NCBI GenBank assembly: GCA_963749495.1
Contig: CAVVMW010000022.1
Location: forward strand, 64,001 to 128,000
Reading direction: 5' to 3'
Source: an uncultured bacterium
GTDB taxonomy: Bacteria > Verrucomicrobiota > Verrucomicrobiia > Limisphaerales > UBA8199
DNA: 64,000 nucleotides
The notes beneath the pieces were generated by a model. That model was not told the DNA's origin. It saw only the letters and a list, made by a program, of their open reading frames with translations, and searched no databases. Shown here piece after piece: positions 34,331 through 44,543 of the stretch. Position 1 is the stretch's first letter; each line of letters starts with the position of its first letter. Position numbers and translations under genes: made by a program.

Positions 34331-34499
34331 AAATGTCAGCCCGATTTACCCCCGGTTCCGGCCCAAACAGCCAAGAGGAGATCGGACATCCTCGGCCCCC
34401 GCGCGCGGGGGGCGCAATCCGTCACTGCCCCCGCGGGCCGCAAGGGGCGGGGAGCGCGCCTCTGGTCGAACGCATTCCGACCTCGGTATCCAGATGCGC

Positions 34500-34952
34500 G
34501 CCAGGGCCGAAGGCCCGTCATGTGATAGCCCAGGCTGGAGCGGAGCGGAGGCCTGGGTAAGCCAAGCCCAACGAAAACCTCCCCGGTCTGTAAGGCCGGG
34601 ACCTGTTGCTAAGTACTACCGGACACAAATACGGTGACGTAGCGCAGACCTCCGAGTCTGCTGTATCGCCGACTTCCAAGTCGGCTGCGCGTCCGTGAAG
34701 GCACGCGCGTCCGCACCTCGGTTGGCCCGCAGGTTTGGAAACCTGCGAGACAGCAGACTCGGAGGTCTGCGCTACCCTGGCGGCGACCCTGCCGCGCATC
34801 GAGGATACGTCATCGTATTTATGTTCATGACCACTAAGGGATTCGGGCGTTGTCGCGCCCCTTCAGGGCGCACAGATTTTTGTGCCCACAACCTGGGCCT
34901 CCGCTCGCAGGCTCGCTCCAGCCCCGGCTGTCACATTTCGGGCTTTCAAACC
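34500..34952. repeat. REP cluster: family E-like arms at ~34500-34600 and 34857-34952 around a family A copy
   Basis: AGGGCCGAAGGCCC, AGCCCAGGCTGGAGCG..GGCCTGGG and its inverted partner CCTGGGCCTCCGCTC..CTCCAGCCC. Confidence 0.6.
34639..34775. repeat. REP-like palindrome, family A (GTAGCGCAG...CTGCTGTATCGCCGACTTCCA...GGAAACCTGCGA..CAGCAGA...CTGCGCTAC)
   Basis: Copies at 40134-40250, 47042-47159 and 51720-51837. Confidence 0.9.
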
Positions 34953-35108
34953 GAGGAAGAGCGCACGCCCGGGCTCGGTGTCCGAATGCGCCCGCGCGCA
35001 GGGCTGGGGCGCGATGCTGCTCGACAAACGGTGTGTCCCCGGCTTACGCTGGTTGCAGCATGAGCGGCCTGAATCTGACATGCTGATTGACGCCGCGCAC
35101 AGCACTTG

Positions 35109-35942
35109 ATGCAAGTTTCAATCATTACTCCCAGCTTCCGCAATTCGCAGTGGTTGCGGCTTTGCATCGCCTCGGTGGCGGATCAGCAAGGGGTCCAGGT
35201 CGAGCACATCGTCCAGGATGCCTGTTCGGATGATGGGACGCAGGAATGGCTGCCCAAGGACTCGCGCGTCAGGGCCTTCATCGAGAAGGACCAGGGGATG
35301 TATGACGCGGTCAACCGCGGGTTCAGGCGGTCCACAGGCCAGGTGCTGGCCTACCTGAATTGCGACGAGCAGTACCTGCCTGGGGCGTTGGAGGCGGTGC
35401 AGGGCTTTTTCGGGGCCCACCCGGAGGTGGATGTCCTGCTCCCGGATACGATCGTGACCGATGCGGCGGGCGACTACCTCTGCCACCGGTGTTCGGTCAC
35501 TCCGCGCAAGTACCAGTTGTGGGTGCGGTTTCCGGTCCTGACCTGCGCCCTGTTTGTTCGCCGCCGCGTTGTCGAGGAGATGGGAATCTGCCTGGACACC
35601 CAATGGCGGGACGTTGGGGACTGCTTCTGGATAGCCCAGATGGTCCGGCGCCGGTTGCGCTTCGCCGTTCTGCCTCGCTTCACTTCGGTTTTCACGGACA
35701 CGGGCGCCAACATGAACCTCAAGCCCAACGCCCTTCGCGAGCGGCAGCTCAAGTGGCAGATGGCTCCGGCCCGGACAAGGCTTTTCAGGCACTTCTTCAT
35801 GGCGCAACACCGGTTCCGGCTGGCCCTGCGTGGCGCCCCTTTTCAGAAGCCCTTCGATTACTCGCTCTATACCCTGGCCTCGCCGGATCGGCGCGTGACT
35901 CGCCGCGCGGCCCGGCCGACTTCATTCTGGAGGGGCCGCTAA
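35109..35942 (+). CDS. GT2 glycosyltransferase
   Basis: VSIITPSF, EHIVQDACSDDGT, EKDQGMYDAVNRG, LAYLNCDE. Confidence 0.92.
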   Translation: MQVSIITPSFRNSQWLRLCIASVADQQGVQVEHIVQDACSDDGTQEWLPKDSRVRAFIEKDQGMYDAVNRGFRRSTGQVLAYLNCDEQYLPGALEAVQGFFGAHPEVDVLLPDTIVTDAAGDYLCHRCSVTPRKYQLWVRFPVLTCALFVRRRVVEEMGICLDTQWRDVGDCFWIAQMVRRRLRFAVLPRFTSVFTDTGANMNLKPNALRERQLKWQMAPARTRLFRHFFMAQHRFRLALRGAPFQKPFDYSLYTLASPDRRVTRRAARPTSFWRGR

Positions 35943-35945
35943 GCA

Positions 35946-36107
35946 GGAGCCCTGTGCCAGGGGCGGCAGTTCGGGGCCTTTGTCGCAACCTTTGTCGCGA
36001 CCTTTGTCGAAAAAATGGCCAACCCGACAAAGGTTTCGACAAAGGCTGCGACGAAGGTTTCCTTGCGACGAAGCTTTCCCTTTGGCAGGCTTTTGTGACA
36101 GGTTCTA
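35946..36107. repeat. family G empty palindrome (35977-36057) inside a degenerate MITE-2-like wrapper
   Basis: Right end TTTTGTGACAGGTTCTA resembles TTTTGGGACAGGCTCTA at 47387-47403. Confidence 0.75.
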
Positions 36108-36141
36108 AGCCAGGTAGCCATGAACATGACGGCCAATCCCC

Positions 36142-37509
36142 ATGCCTGAGCCCGAGCAAACCGGCGAGTTGGTTGCAGCGGTCTTCGGCGCCTGGCAACG
36201 GGCGGGTATCCGCTTCCTGGTCCTCCGCAACTATGAACGGCTGCCGCATTTCACCGCCAACGATATCAATGTCCTGGTCGCGCCCTCCCAACTCCGCTCC
36301 GCCGAGGCGGCACTGCGGGCGGCCGCGGACTCGGCCGGTTTCCGTCTGCACAACCGCGTCGGATTTGCCGCCACCCTCGCCCTCTACTTATCGGGCCTCA
36401 AGTCCGGCGGCCAAGTCCATTTCGACCTGTTCACGGGCCTGAAGTGGCGGGGGTTTCCTTTCCTGGATTGGCGGACCCTGCTCGAGAGGAAGGTTGACCG
36501 GGGACCGTTCGCCGTTCCTCATCCGGCCCACGAGGCGGCCGCGAGCCTGCTGGAGGGCCTCATCTATGCCGGCAGGGTCCGGGAGAAGTACCATGCCTTG
36601 ATCGCCGCGGGGTTTAGCGCGGAGCCCGATGCCGCCACCGAGGCGCTGGCCCGGACCTTGGGCCGCAGGCACGCGCGGTTCCTGGTGGCGGCGGGGGCGG
36701 CGGGGCAGTGGGCCCAAATCGAGGCGCGCTCGGCTGCCTTGCGCCGGCAGTTGGTCCTGCGGCGCCTGGCCAGGCATCCTCTCGGGAGCGCAGCCTCGTT
36801 GCTCGAGGAGGCCGCCCGCATGACCCGCCGCGTCCTGCGCCCGCCGGGCCTGGTTGTGACCCTGTGCGGGGCTGACGGCAGCGGCAAATCCACCGCCGCC
36901 CGCCTCCTCATCGAGAGACTCCGCTGCACCTTCGACCCCTCGCGGGGACGCCAGTTCCACTGGAAACCGCCCCTGTTCTCGGCCCGGCGCCGTGCGGCGC
37001 GCGGCCCGGTCACCGATCCCCACGCCAGGCCGCCCCGCAACGCCCTAGCCTGCCTGCTCTTCTTTGGCTTTCACTGGCTGGAGTTCTTTCTCGGCTGGCC
37101 GTTGTGCGTCAACCCTGCGAAGGTCAGGGCCGGTCTGGTGCTCATCAACAGGTACTATTACGACTTCTTCGTGGACCAGCGGCGCTATCGGCTGCGCGTG
37201 CCCCGCCCGCTCGTAGCGCTCGGCTATCGCCTCCTGGCCAAACCCGATCTGGTTGTGCTGCTGGACGCCCCGGTCGAAGTGCTCCGGGCCCGGAAACAGG
37301 AAGTGCCCGCGGCCGAGACCCAGCGCCAGCGCCAGGCCTACCTCGACCTGGTCCGGGACCTGGACTGCGGACGTATCATCGATGCAGCCCAGCCGCCCGA
37401 ACGAGTCGCGGCGGACATCTCGAGGGCCATTCTCGACTTCATGGCAGAGAGGCTGGCTAGACGCCAGCGTCCGACCTGTCGGACACGTCCGACGGGTCCC
37501 CAAAACTGA
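36142..37509 (+). CDS. nucleotidyltransferase-like plus thymidylate-kinase-like P-loop fusion protein
   Basis: FLVLRNYE.LP...NDINVL; GADGSGKST; INRYYYD; PDLVVLLDAP...RKQE. Confidence 0.8.
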   Translation: MPEPEQTGELVAAVFGAWQRAGIRFLVLRNYERLPHFTANDINVLVAPSQLRSAEAALRAAADSAGFRLHNRVGFAATLALYLSGLKSGGQVHFDLFTGLKWRGFPFLDWRTLLERKVDRGPFAVPHPAHEAAASLLEGLIYAGRVREKYHALIAAGFSAEPDAATEALARTLGRRHARFLVAAGAAGQWAQIEARSAALRRQLVLRRLARHPLGSAASLLEEAARMTRRVLRPPGLVVTLCGADGSGKSTAARLLIERLRCTFDPSRGRQFHWKPPLFSARRRAARGPVTDPHARPPRNALACLLFFGFHWLEFFLGWPLCVNPAKVRAGLVLINRYYYDFFVDQRRYRLRVPRPLVALGYRLLAKPDLVVLLDAPVEVLRARKQEVPAAETQRQRQAYLDLVRDLDCGRIIDAAQPPERVAADISRAILDFMAERLARRQRPTCRTRPTGPQN

Positions 37510-37520
37510 TTTTGCCCCCC

Positions 37521-38612
37521 ATGGAGAGCGATTGGAGCGAATTGTTCGGCCCGGCCCGGGGCGCGCAGTGCGTTACGATTCACATGCGCGTCCTGCGCAA
37601 GCAGGGGCGTCCGTTGCTGGCGTTGCCGGCCTGCCGGCGCGCCGCGGCCATGGCGCTGAGCTTGTATCCCGCGCAAACCGGGCGCGCCCGCGCCGCCCGC
37701 GCCCTGCTGCGCACGCTGCTCCGCGCCGGCCTCGCCCCCGGCGCCCGCCAGAGCGCGCTGGCAATTCCGCCCGAGGATCTCTTCGTCGAGTTTCTTTCCT
37801 CGCTGGCCGGCTCAGCGCGGCCGCCTGTGCCTGAGTTGGGCATTCTCGCCGGCAACCCCGCCAGCCCGGGCCGGCGTTTTGTCCTCCTGGTCTTCGACGC
37901 CAACCACAAGCCCGCCGGCGTTGTCAAGGCCGGCGCAAGCGGACCAGCCCAGGCACTCATCCGCAAAGAGCAGACGTTTCTTGAAGCCGCCTCGGGCAAG
38001 CCCGGCGTGCCCAGGTTGCGGGGCACTTTTGAATCGGAGCGGGTGCAGGCGCTGGCGCTGGATTACGTTGCCGGCGATGCCCCGCGCCCGCGGCACGATG
38101 CCGCGCTGCCAGCCCTGCTTGGGCCGTGGGTGGATGTGAAGCGAACCGTGGCTCTGCCCGAGACGCCGGAATGGCAGCGCCTCGAACAGGCCGCCCCGGC
38201 CGGTCCATTCTGGCCCGTCCTGGCCGGCGCCCTCCGCTCCCGCGCCGTGCATCCCGCCCTGGCGCACGGCAACCTGGCGCCCTGGAACATCAAGCGCTCT
38301 CAGCAAGGCCAGTGGACGGCGCTGGATTGGGAACGCGGCGAATTGGCCGGCATCCCCGGCTGGGATTGGTTTCACTATGTCATCCAACGCGCCATCCTGG
38401 CCGAGCGCCTCCCAATCGGCCGCCTGGCCGCGCGGGTCCGGCAATTGCTCAATTCGGAGCCATTTCGATGTTATGCCGCACGCGCCGGCATTGCCCGCTT
38501 CGAACTCGACCTGGCCCTGGCCTACCTGCTCTATTCGGCCGAAGTCGTCAAGCCTGCCGAGGGGCTGTCGCGAACCCGGGAACTCCTGGGAGCGCTGAAC
38601 CGTGAAACGTGA
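37521..38612 (+). CDS. aminoglycoside phosphotransferase/kinase-like protein
   Basis: VVK, HGNLAPWN, LDWE, WDWFHY. Confidence 0.75.
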   Translation: MESDWSELFGPARGAQCVTIHMRVLRKQGRPLLALPACRRAAAMALSLYPAQTGRARAARALLRTLLRAGLAPGARQSALAIPPEDLFVEFLSSLAGSARPPVPELGILAGNPASPGRRFVLLVFDANHKPAGVVKAGASGPAQALIRKEQTFLEAASGKPGVPRLRGTFESERVQALALDYVAGDAPRPRHDAALPALLGPWVDVKRTVALPETPEWQRLEQAAPAGPFWPVLAGALRSRAVHPALAHGNLAPWNIKRSQQGQWTALDWERGELAGIPGWDWFHYVIQRAILAERLPIGRLAARVRQLLNSEPFRCYAARAGIARFELDLALAYLLYSAEVVKPAEGLSRTRELLGALNRET

Positions 38613-38682
38613 AACGTGAAAACGTGAGGGCACCAGTCGAAGACCTCGAATTCACGTTTCACGTTTCACGTTTCACGTTTCA
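38601..38682. repeat. inverted heptamer arrays CGTGAAA / TTTCACG between convergent genes (possible bidirectional terminator)
   Basis: Both genes' stop codons lie inside the arms. Confidence 0.9.
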
Positions 38683-40025
38683 ACCAGGTATGGCCCATCG
38701 AGCCGGCCCAGCTTCCTGACTTCGGGCCAGATCGAGGCGACGGCGATGACAACGAGGATGGTGCCGACCCCGCCGGAGACGACCGAGAAGACCGGGCTGG
38801 CCAGGTAGGCCACGAGGCCCGACTCAAAGCCGCCCAATTCGTTGGAGGTGCCGATGAACAGGCTGTTGACGGCGGAGACGCGCCCGCGTTTTTCGTCCGG
38901 GGTGAGCAGTTGTACCACGGTGTGGCGGACGACGATGCTGATGTTGTCCATTGCGCCGCAGAGAAATAGCGTCAGGAAAGACAACCAGAACCACCGCGAA
39001 TAACCGAAGACAATGGTCGCCACGCCAAAGATGGTCACAGCCTTGAGCAAACTGCTGCCCGCCTTTTGGAGCGGAGGGCGATGGGCCAGGATGAGCGCGC
39101 AGAGCAGGGAGCCTAAGGGCAGCGCCGCCTGGAGCAGCCCCAGGCATACCGCGGCCAGGCGCTCCTGCGTCATGTGCGCCCCCCATGGCAACAGCGCCAG
39201 CACATACCCCAAACCGCTGGAACCGGGGCCGAGGATGTCCTTGGCATAGATCGGCAACAACGCGGCGGCGCCGCCCAAGAGCACCGCAAACAAATCCAGC
39301 GTGATCGTGCCCAGGATGATCGGGCTGGCGAACACGAACTTGAACCCGGCCGCCAGGCTCTTGAGGGTCATTGGCTCTTTGACCGCCACGACGGGGTCGT
39401 GCCGGACAAAACTGATCAGCACCAGGCAGACCAGCGCGGCCGCCGCATTGACGGCATAGACCGGCCAGGCGCACCCGGTCAGCGCAATGAGCGCGCCGCC
39501 TGCCGCCGGGCCGGCCACCGAGGAGAGCTGAAAGCTGCCGCTGTTCCAGGTGACGGCCCTGGAAAAATGCTCGCGCGGCACCAGGCGCGGCAGAAACGCC
39601 GAACTGGCCGGCCAGAGAAACGTGCGCGCCGAGCCGGAGGCGAAGAGGCAGAAGTAAATCCAAAAAACCGGGACGCCAAAGGCGGAAATGAGGCTCAGCC
39701 CGGCGCTGGCGCAGGCGATGACAAACGTGGTCACCAGGATGATGCGCTTGCGGTTGAAATTGTCCGCCACGTGTCCGGCCACCAGGACAAAGAGGACCAT
39801 CGGCATCATCTGCGTCAGGCCCACCATCCCCAGAGCCAGCGCGGATTTGGTCCGCCCATACAACTCCCAGCCGACCGCCACCGTGAGCATCTGCTGCCCC
39901 AGCGCCGCCACAAACCGCCCCACCAGGTAGAACAGAAAATCCCGATTCCGCAACACGGCGTACGGATCCGGGCCTGCCTGGGGCAATTCAACCGCGCCCG
40001 ACGGCGCTGCTCCGGGATCGATCAT
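38673..40025 (-). CDS. MFS transporter (EntS/DHA3-like)
   Basis: AVGWELY, AGHVADNFNRKR, LDLFAVLLGG, RGRVSAVNSLFIGTSNELGGFESG. Confidence 0.92.
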   Translation of the reverse strand: MIDPGAAPSGAVELPQAGPDPYAVLRNRDFLFYLVGRFVAALGQQMLTVAVGWELYGRTKSALALGMVGLTQMMPMVLFVLVAGHVADNFNRKRIILVTTFVIACASAGLSLISAFGVPVFWIYFCLFASGSARTFLWPASSAFLPRLVPREHFSRAVTWNSGSFQLSSVAGPAAGGALIALTGCAWPVYAVNAAAALVCLVLISFVRHDPVVAVKEPMTLKSLAAGFKFVFASPIILGTITLDLFAVLLGGAAALLPIYAKDILGPGSSGLGYVLALLPWGAHMTQERLAAVCLGLLQAALPLGSLLCALILAHRPPLQKAGSSLLKAVTIFGVATIVFGYSRWFWLSFLTLFLCGAMDNISIVVRHTVVQLLTPDEKRGRVSAVNSLFIGTSNELGGFESGLVAYLASPVFSVVSGGVGTILVVIAVASIWPEVRKLGRLDGPYLVET

Positions 40026-40133
40026 ATCAACACATCGGCCCTCCCAGGATAATCCGTTGCCGCCCGCAATGGGAATGCTTTTCGCCGCGGGCGTTTCCCG
40101 ACTTTGCCCCCATTTGGCGGGGCACAGCAGTTT

Positions 40134-40250
40134 GTAGCGCAGGTTTCCAAACCTGCTGTACCGCCGACTTCCAGTCGGCAGGGCGCCGGAAATCGCGGCG
40201 CCTGCGGGTTAGGAAACCCGCGATACAGCAGACTTGGAAGTCTGCGCTAC
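40134..40250. repeat. REP-like palindrome, family A
   Basis: Matches 34639-34775. Confidence 0.85.
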
Positions 40251-40431
40251 GGCGGCGGTGTCAGGAATACGCCTTCGCCACGCGATTATTTCTTTGAGTT
40301 TCTCAAAAAATCTGTATGCTCCTAGCCGTGTCGCCGGGCGTTGGCCCCCATTGGGGAGGAGTTCCAGGGGCAGCGGCAGGCGGGATTGGGCCGGTGGAGA
40401 CGGCTGGGCGCCGGAGATCCGGGGGCGGTTT

Positions 40432-42222
40432 ATGCAGAGAGTCAGACCTAAAAAACGAGAGCAAACAGAGGCGAAAGCTGCTGCCGCGGCGGCGCCTCCG
40501 CCGTGCGAGCCGCCGCCCCAGGACACGCCGCCCCTCAACCCCGCCGTGCCCGTGGCGCTCGACTCGACGACGCCACCCGTCGTGGGCGGCAACGGCCATC
40601 CCAGCCTGGACCTGGCCGAAAAACTCAAGGGCCTGGTGCGCCTGGCCCACGAGCAAGGCTACCTCTCTCACGAAGACCTCAGCGAGGCCCTGCCCGCCGA
40701 GGTGGCCACACCGGAGGACCTCGACCAGGTCCTGACCAAGCTGCGCAACCTCGAAATCGAAATCGTCGACCCGGCCGACCTGGACCAACTCCCCTCAGCC
40801 GAGCCGGACGAGGAGGCCGAGACCAGCCAGTTTGACATCCTGGACGACCCGGTGCGGATGTATCTCAAGCAAATGGGCCGCGTGCCCTTGCTGAGCCGCC
40901 AGCAGGAGGTCGAGATCTGCCGGCGCATCGAGGCAGCGGAACGCGAAATCCAGAAGCTGATCTATGGCATGGGCTTTGCCGCGAAAGAGCACATGACCCT
41001 GGCCGACAAGCTCCTGGCCATGCCCCCCAAGGAACGCTTCGACCGCCTCATCCTCGACAAGCTGGCGGACGAGCGCGAACGGCACGTCGCCAGCCTGCGC
41101 CGCCTGATCCGACAAGTCCAGGGACTGGACGCCCAGGCCGACGCCCTGTTTTGCCAATGGCAGAGCGCCGCCTTGCCGTCGGCTCGGGGGCGCCTGCGCG
41201 CCCGGTTCAAACGGCTCAGCGCCAGGCTCCAGGCCATGTTCCCCCGCTTCCGCTTCAAGCAAAAGATCATCGAGGAGATGGCCCTGGTGGCCGAGAACGT
41301 CCGCGACAAGCTCCAAGCCGGCCGCCAGGCCCTTCGGACCATCCAGGCCCGACCCGACGCCGCCTCGCTGGAGGCCGCCATCCACACCGAAGAGGAGAAC
41401 CTGCGGACCCTTGAACGCTTTGTGCGCATGCCGGCCACCGATTTCCTGGACCTCTGGAACAGGCTCCAGGGCGCCCTGGCCCGCGCCCGCGAGGCCAAGG
41501 CGCAAATGGTCGAGGCCAATCTGCGCCTGGTCATCTCCATCGCCAAACGATACACCAACCGCGGCCAATCCTTCCTCGACCTCATCCAGGAGGGAAACAT
41601 GGGCCTGATGAAAGGGGTCGAGAAATTCGAGTACCGGCGCGGCTACAAATTCTCCACTTACGCCACCTGGTGGATCCGCCAGGCCATCACCCGCTGCATC
41701 GCCGACCAGGCCCGCACCGTGCGCATCCCCGTCCACATGATCGAGGTCATCAACAGGCTCTGGCGCACCCAGCGGCGCCTCATGCAGGAACTGGGCCGCG
41801 AGGCCACCTCCGACGAACTGGCCGATGCCATGGAAATATCCGTCGAGCGCATCCGCACCGTCCTCAAAATCGCCCAGCAGCCTATCTCCATGCAATCCCC
41901 GGTCGGGGATGCCGAGGAGACCCATTTCGGCGACTTGCTCGAAGACAAATCCGCCGAAAACCCCAGCGAGGCCACCAGCTTCAGCCTGCTCCGCGGCCAC
42001 CTCTCCGAGGTCCTCAACGGCCTCAATGAGCGCGAACGCCGAATCCTCGAACTCCGCTACGGCCTGACCGACGGCTGCCCGCGCACCCTCGAGGAGGTTG
42101 GCCGCCAATACAACGTCACCCGCGAGCGCATCCGCCAAATCGAGGCAAAGGCCCTTCGCAAATTGCGCCACCCCACCCGCCGCAGCAAACTGGAGGGCTT
42201 CCTCGAAAACCTCGAATGGTGA
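40432..42222 (+). CDS. rpoD: RpoD-like sigma-70 factor
   Basis: Region 1.1-like; [54 protein letters not shown]. Could be a paralogue. Confidence 0.85.
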   Translation: MQRVRPKKREQTEAKAAAAAAPPPCEPPPQDTPPLNPAVPVALDSTTPPVVGGNGHPSLDLAEKLKGLVRLAHEQGYLSHEDLSEALPAEVATPEDLDQVLTKLRNLEIEIVDPADLDQLPSAEPDEEAETSQFDILDDPVRMYLKQMGRVPLLSRQQEVEICRRIEAAEREIQKLIYGMGFAAKEHMTLADKLLAMPPKERFDRLILDKLADERERHVASLRRLIRQVQGLDAQADALFCQWQSAALPSARGRLRARFKRLSARLQAMFPRFRFKQKIIEEMALVAENVRDKLQAGRQALRTIQARPDAASLEAAIHTEEENLRTLERFVRMPATDFLDLWNRLQGALARAREAKAQMVEANLRLVISIAKRYTNRGQSFLDLIQEGNMGLMKGVEKFEYRRGYKFSTYATWWIRQAITRCIADQARTVRIPVHMIEVINRLWRTQRRLMQELGREATSDELADAMEISVERIRTVLKIAQQPISMQSPVGDAEETHFGDLLEDKSAENPSEATSFSLLRGHLSEVLNGLNERERRILELRYGLTDGCPRTLEEVGRQYNVTRERIRQIEAKALRKLRHPTRRSKLEGFLENLEW

Positions 42223-42231
42223 CTTCCGGAG

Positions 42232-43337
42232 TCACTCCGCCAGCGTCATGATCCGCTCCGGAGAGGGCCGGTCATGCTTCTGGACCTTGATTCGCAGCTT
42301 GTGGAGGGCCTCGTTTTGGATCTGCCGGATGCGCTCGCGCGTCACTCCAAAGTGTCCGCCGATCTCCTCCAGCGTCCTGGGCGTGTCATCCTCCAGGCCG
42401 TAGCGCATCGAGAGCACCGCCCTCTCACGCGGCGTCAGCGTGGCAAAGACCTCCTTCAACATCTCGAAGTCGCTCGCCCGCACGAGGCGATTGAAGGGGG
42501 CGGCCGCATTCACGTCCGCCACCACCTCGGCCACCTGGTTGGTCTCGTCGCTGGCGCCCAGCGGGGCTTCCAGCGAGACCGGGGCCTTGGAGGCCTGGCG
42601 ATACTCCCGCACCCGCACCGGCTTGAGCCCCACGTACGCCGCCACCTCTTCGTCGGTCGGGTCGCGGTCCAGGGTCTCCCGCAGCCGCGCCTCCGCCCGC
42701 CGGATGTGGGCCACTTTGTCCACGACGTGGACCGGCAGGCGGATCGTCTTGGACTGGTTGGCCAGCGCCCGCTTGATAGCCTGTTTGATCCACCAGGCAG
42801 CATAGGTCGAGAGTTTCGCCCCTTTGGCCGGGTCAAAGCGCTCGACCCCTTTGATCAAACCGATGTTGCCCTCGTTGATCAGGTCCAGCAAGGGCAGCCC
42901 CAAGCCGTCGTAGTCGTGCGCTATCTTGACGACCAGCCGCAAGTTGGCCTTGATCATCTGCTCGCGCGCCTCCGCGTCCCCCCTCTTGATTCGCCGGGCC
43001 AGCACCACCTCCTCTTTGGGTGTCAGCAGTTTCACCTGGCCGATCTCCCTCAGATAGAGCTGGAGCGCCCCGGCCTGCAGCCCGTCGCTCTGAACCGTCT
43101 CTGCCGGCTCATGGTCCTGTTCCGTGTGTTCAGGGTCGTGGGGGGCTCAGGCTCGTAACGGGCGGGGGCCGGGTCCGGCTGGAGGCGCGCCGGCGCGGCA
43201 GCAGGCGGCGGCGCCGCAACCGCAGCCGGGGGCCGCCGGGACAAAACCCGCTTGGGCGCCCGCCCCGCCGCCCGGGCCGGGCGCAGCCTCGCCACCCTCC
43301 GGGGGCGAGTCGTCCGTCGTTTCCTTTTCAAGCGCAT
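42232..43337 (-). CDS. group 2 / RpoS-like sigma-70 factor, frameshifted near 43070-43130
   Basis: [45 protein letters not shown]; basic N-terminus in another frame. Confidence 0.88.
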
Positions 43338-43338
43338 A

Positions 43339-43762
43339 TTAGATAATCTGAATCGTTTCTGCATCGAGCAGCAGCCCCGCCAGAGTTGTCCGGGACAGGT
43401 CCTGTTCCAGGGCCGCCTGGGCGGACACAAAGATCTTCCCCAGCGCCGCATGGATCCCTCGACCCACCGGGCAGGCGCCGTTAGGCTTGCGGCGCGGCAG
43501 GCAAAAAGGCCCGCCGCCCTCGACTGCCCGGTACACCTCAGCCAGGTTGATCCGGGCCGCCGGACGGCTCAACCGCGAGCCCCATCCCGAGCCCTTGCGC
43601 GTTTCCACCAGCCTCGCCTTCCGCAGGACCAGCAGCAACCGCCGGATCACCACCGGGTTGGTGTTCACGCTGGCCGCCAGCAACGCCGAGGACACGCAAC
43701 CGCCCTCTTTTCAGCACAGCCAGCACGTGCACAGCCAGTGCAAAGCGGCAACTAGCTCTCAT
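43339..43762 (-). CDS. Rrf2 family transcriptional regulator, frameshifted near 43710
   Basis: MRASCRFALAVHVL; SSALLAASVNTNPVVIRR; GSGWGSRL; INLAEVYRAVE; PNGACPVG. Confidence 0.88.
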
Positions 43763-43784
43763 AAGAGGCTCAGCTCTATTTATT

Positions 43785-43812
43785 ATGTAACACGTGGTGT
43801 TACATCTGTCAA
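43785..43812 (-). promoter_or_regulatory. perfect palindrome ATGTAACAC-GTG-GTGTTACAT overlapping a TTGACA promoter; putative Rrf2 operator
   Basis: 9-3-9 inverted repeat at 43785-43805; TTGACA at 43812-43807. Confidence 0.8.
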
Positions 43813-43940
43813 AATCCAGCCACGGAGGGGCGGCACGATATTTGGCCAAGGGGGCGGGCTTCTCTCCGCGCTCGGGGCGGTGCCGGGCTGCGCCTGCCTC
43901 GGCTCCAATCGGGGCTCGGGGCGGGCGCTTCTTGAATGCC

Positions 43941-44159
43941 TCAGCGCAGGCGGTAGGTGATCCGTCCTTTGCTCAAGTCGTAGGGCGACATCTCCAGCCG
44001 GACCCGGTCGCCGACGGTCAGGCGGACAAAATGCTTGCGCATCTTGCCGGAGAGATGCGCCAGAATTTCATGCTTGTTGTCCAGCTTCACGCGGAACATC
44101 GTCCCCGGCAAAACCGTCGAAATCGTGCCCTCAAGTTCGATTGGCTCTTCTACGCTCAT
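43941..44159 (-). CDS. infA: translation initiation factor IF-1
   Basis: IELEG...[10 protein letters not shown]...AHLSGKMR...[19 protein letters not shown]. Confidence 0.97.
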   Translation of the reverse strand: MSVEEPIELEGTISTVLPGTMFRVKLDNKHEILAHLSGKMRKHFVRLTVGDRVRLEMSPYDLSKGRITYRLR

Positions 44160-44302
44160 TCAAGTTCCCATGGGCTGACTGCTCCCAGGATGATTTTCGG
44201 ATGCCAGCAACCTGCCACTTTTCAGGGGTATTGCAAGCCTGCGTTTTCGAGCGCCGAACTAGGGGTGCGATCAAAAGCGTTGGCTATGCGCCTCGGGAGT
44301 TT

Positions 44303-44490
44303 TGTCCCGGAGGGACATCTGAGAATAGCCCGGCGTTTCAACGCCGGGGAGGCCGCAAAAGGGACCTTCGTCCCGAAGGGACGACTGAAAACACTCCTTG
44401 CTTTCAGCCGTCCCTTCGGGACGGACCTGCTCCTTGGGTCCGCTGACCCGGCGTTGAAACGCCGGGCTATTGTCGGAAGCCCCTTCGGGG
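44303..44490. repeat. REP-like element, family C
   Basis: Matches 13443-13628. Confidence 0.85.
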
Positions 44491-44543
44491 CAAAAAGGCG
44501 CCATGGGGTGACCGACAGTTGTAATCGCACCCCCACACCAGCC

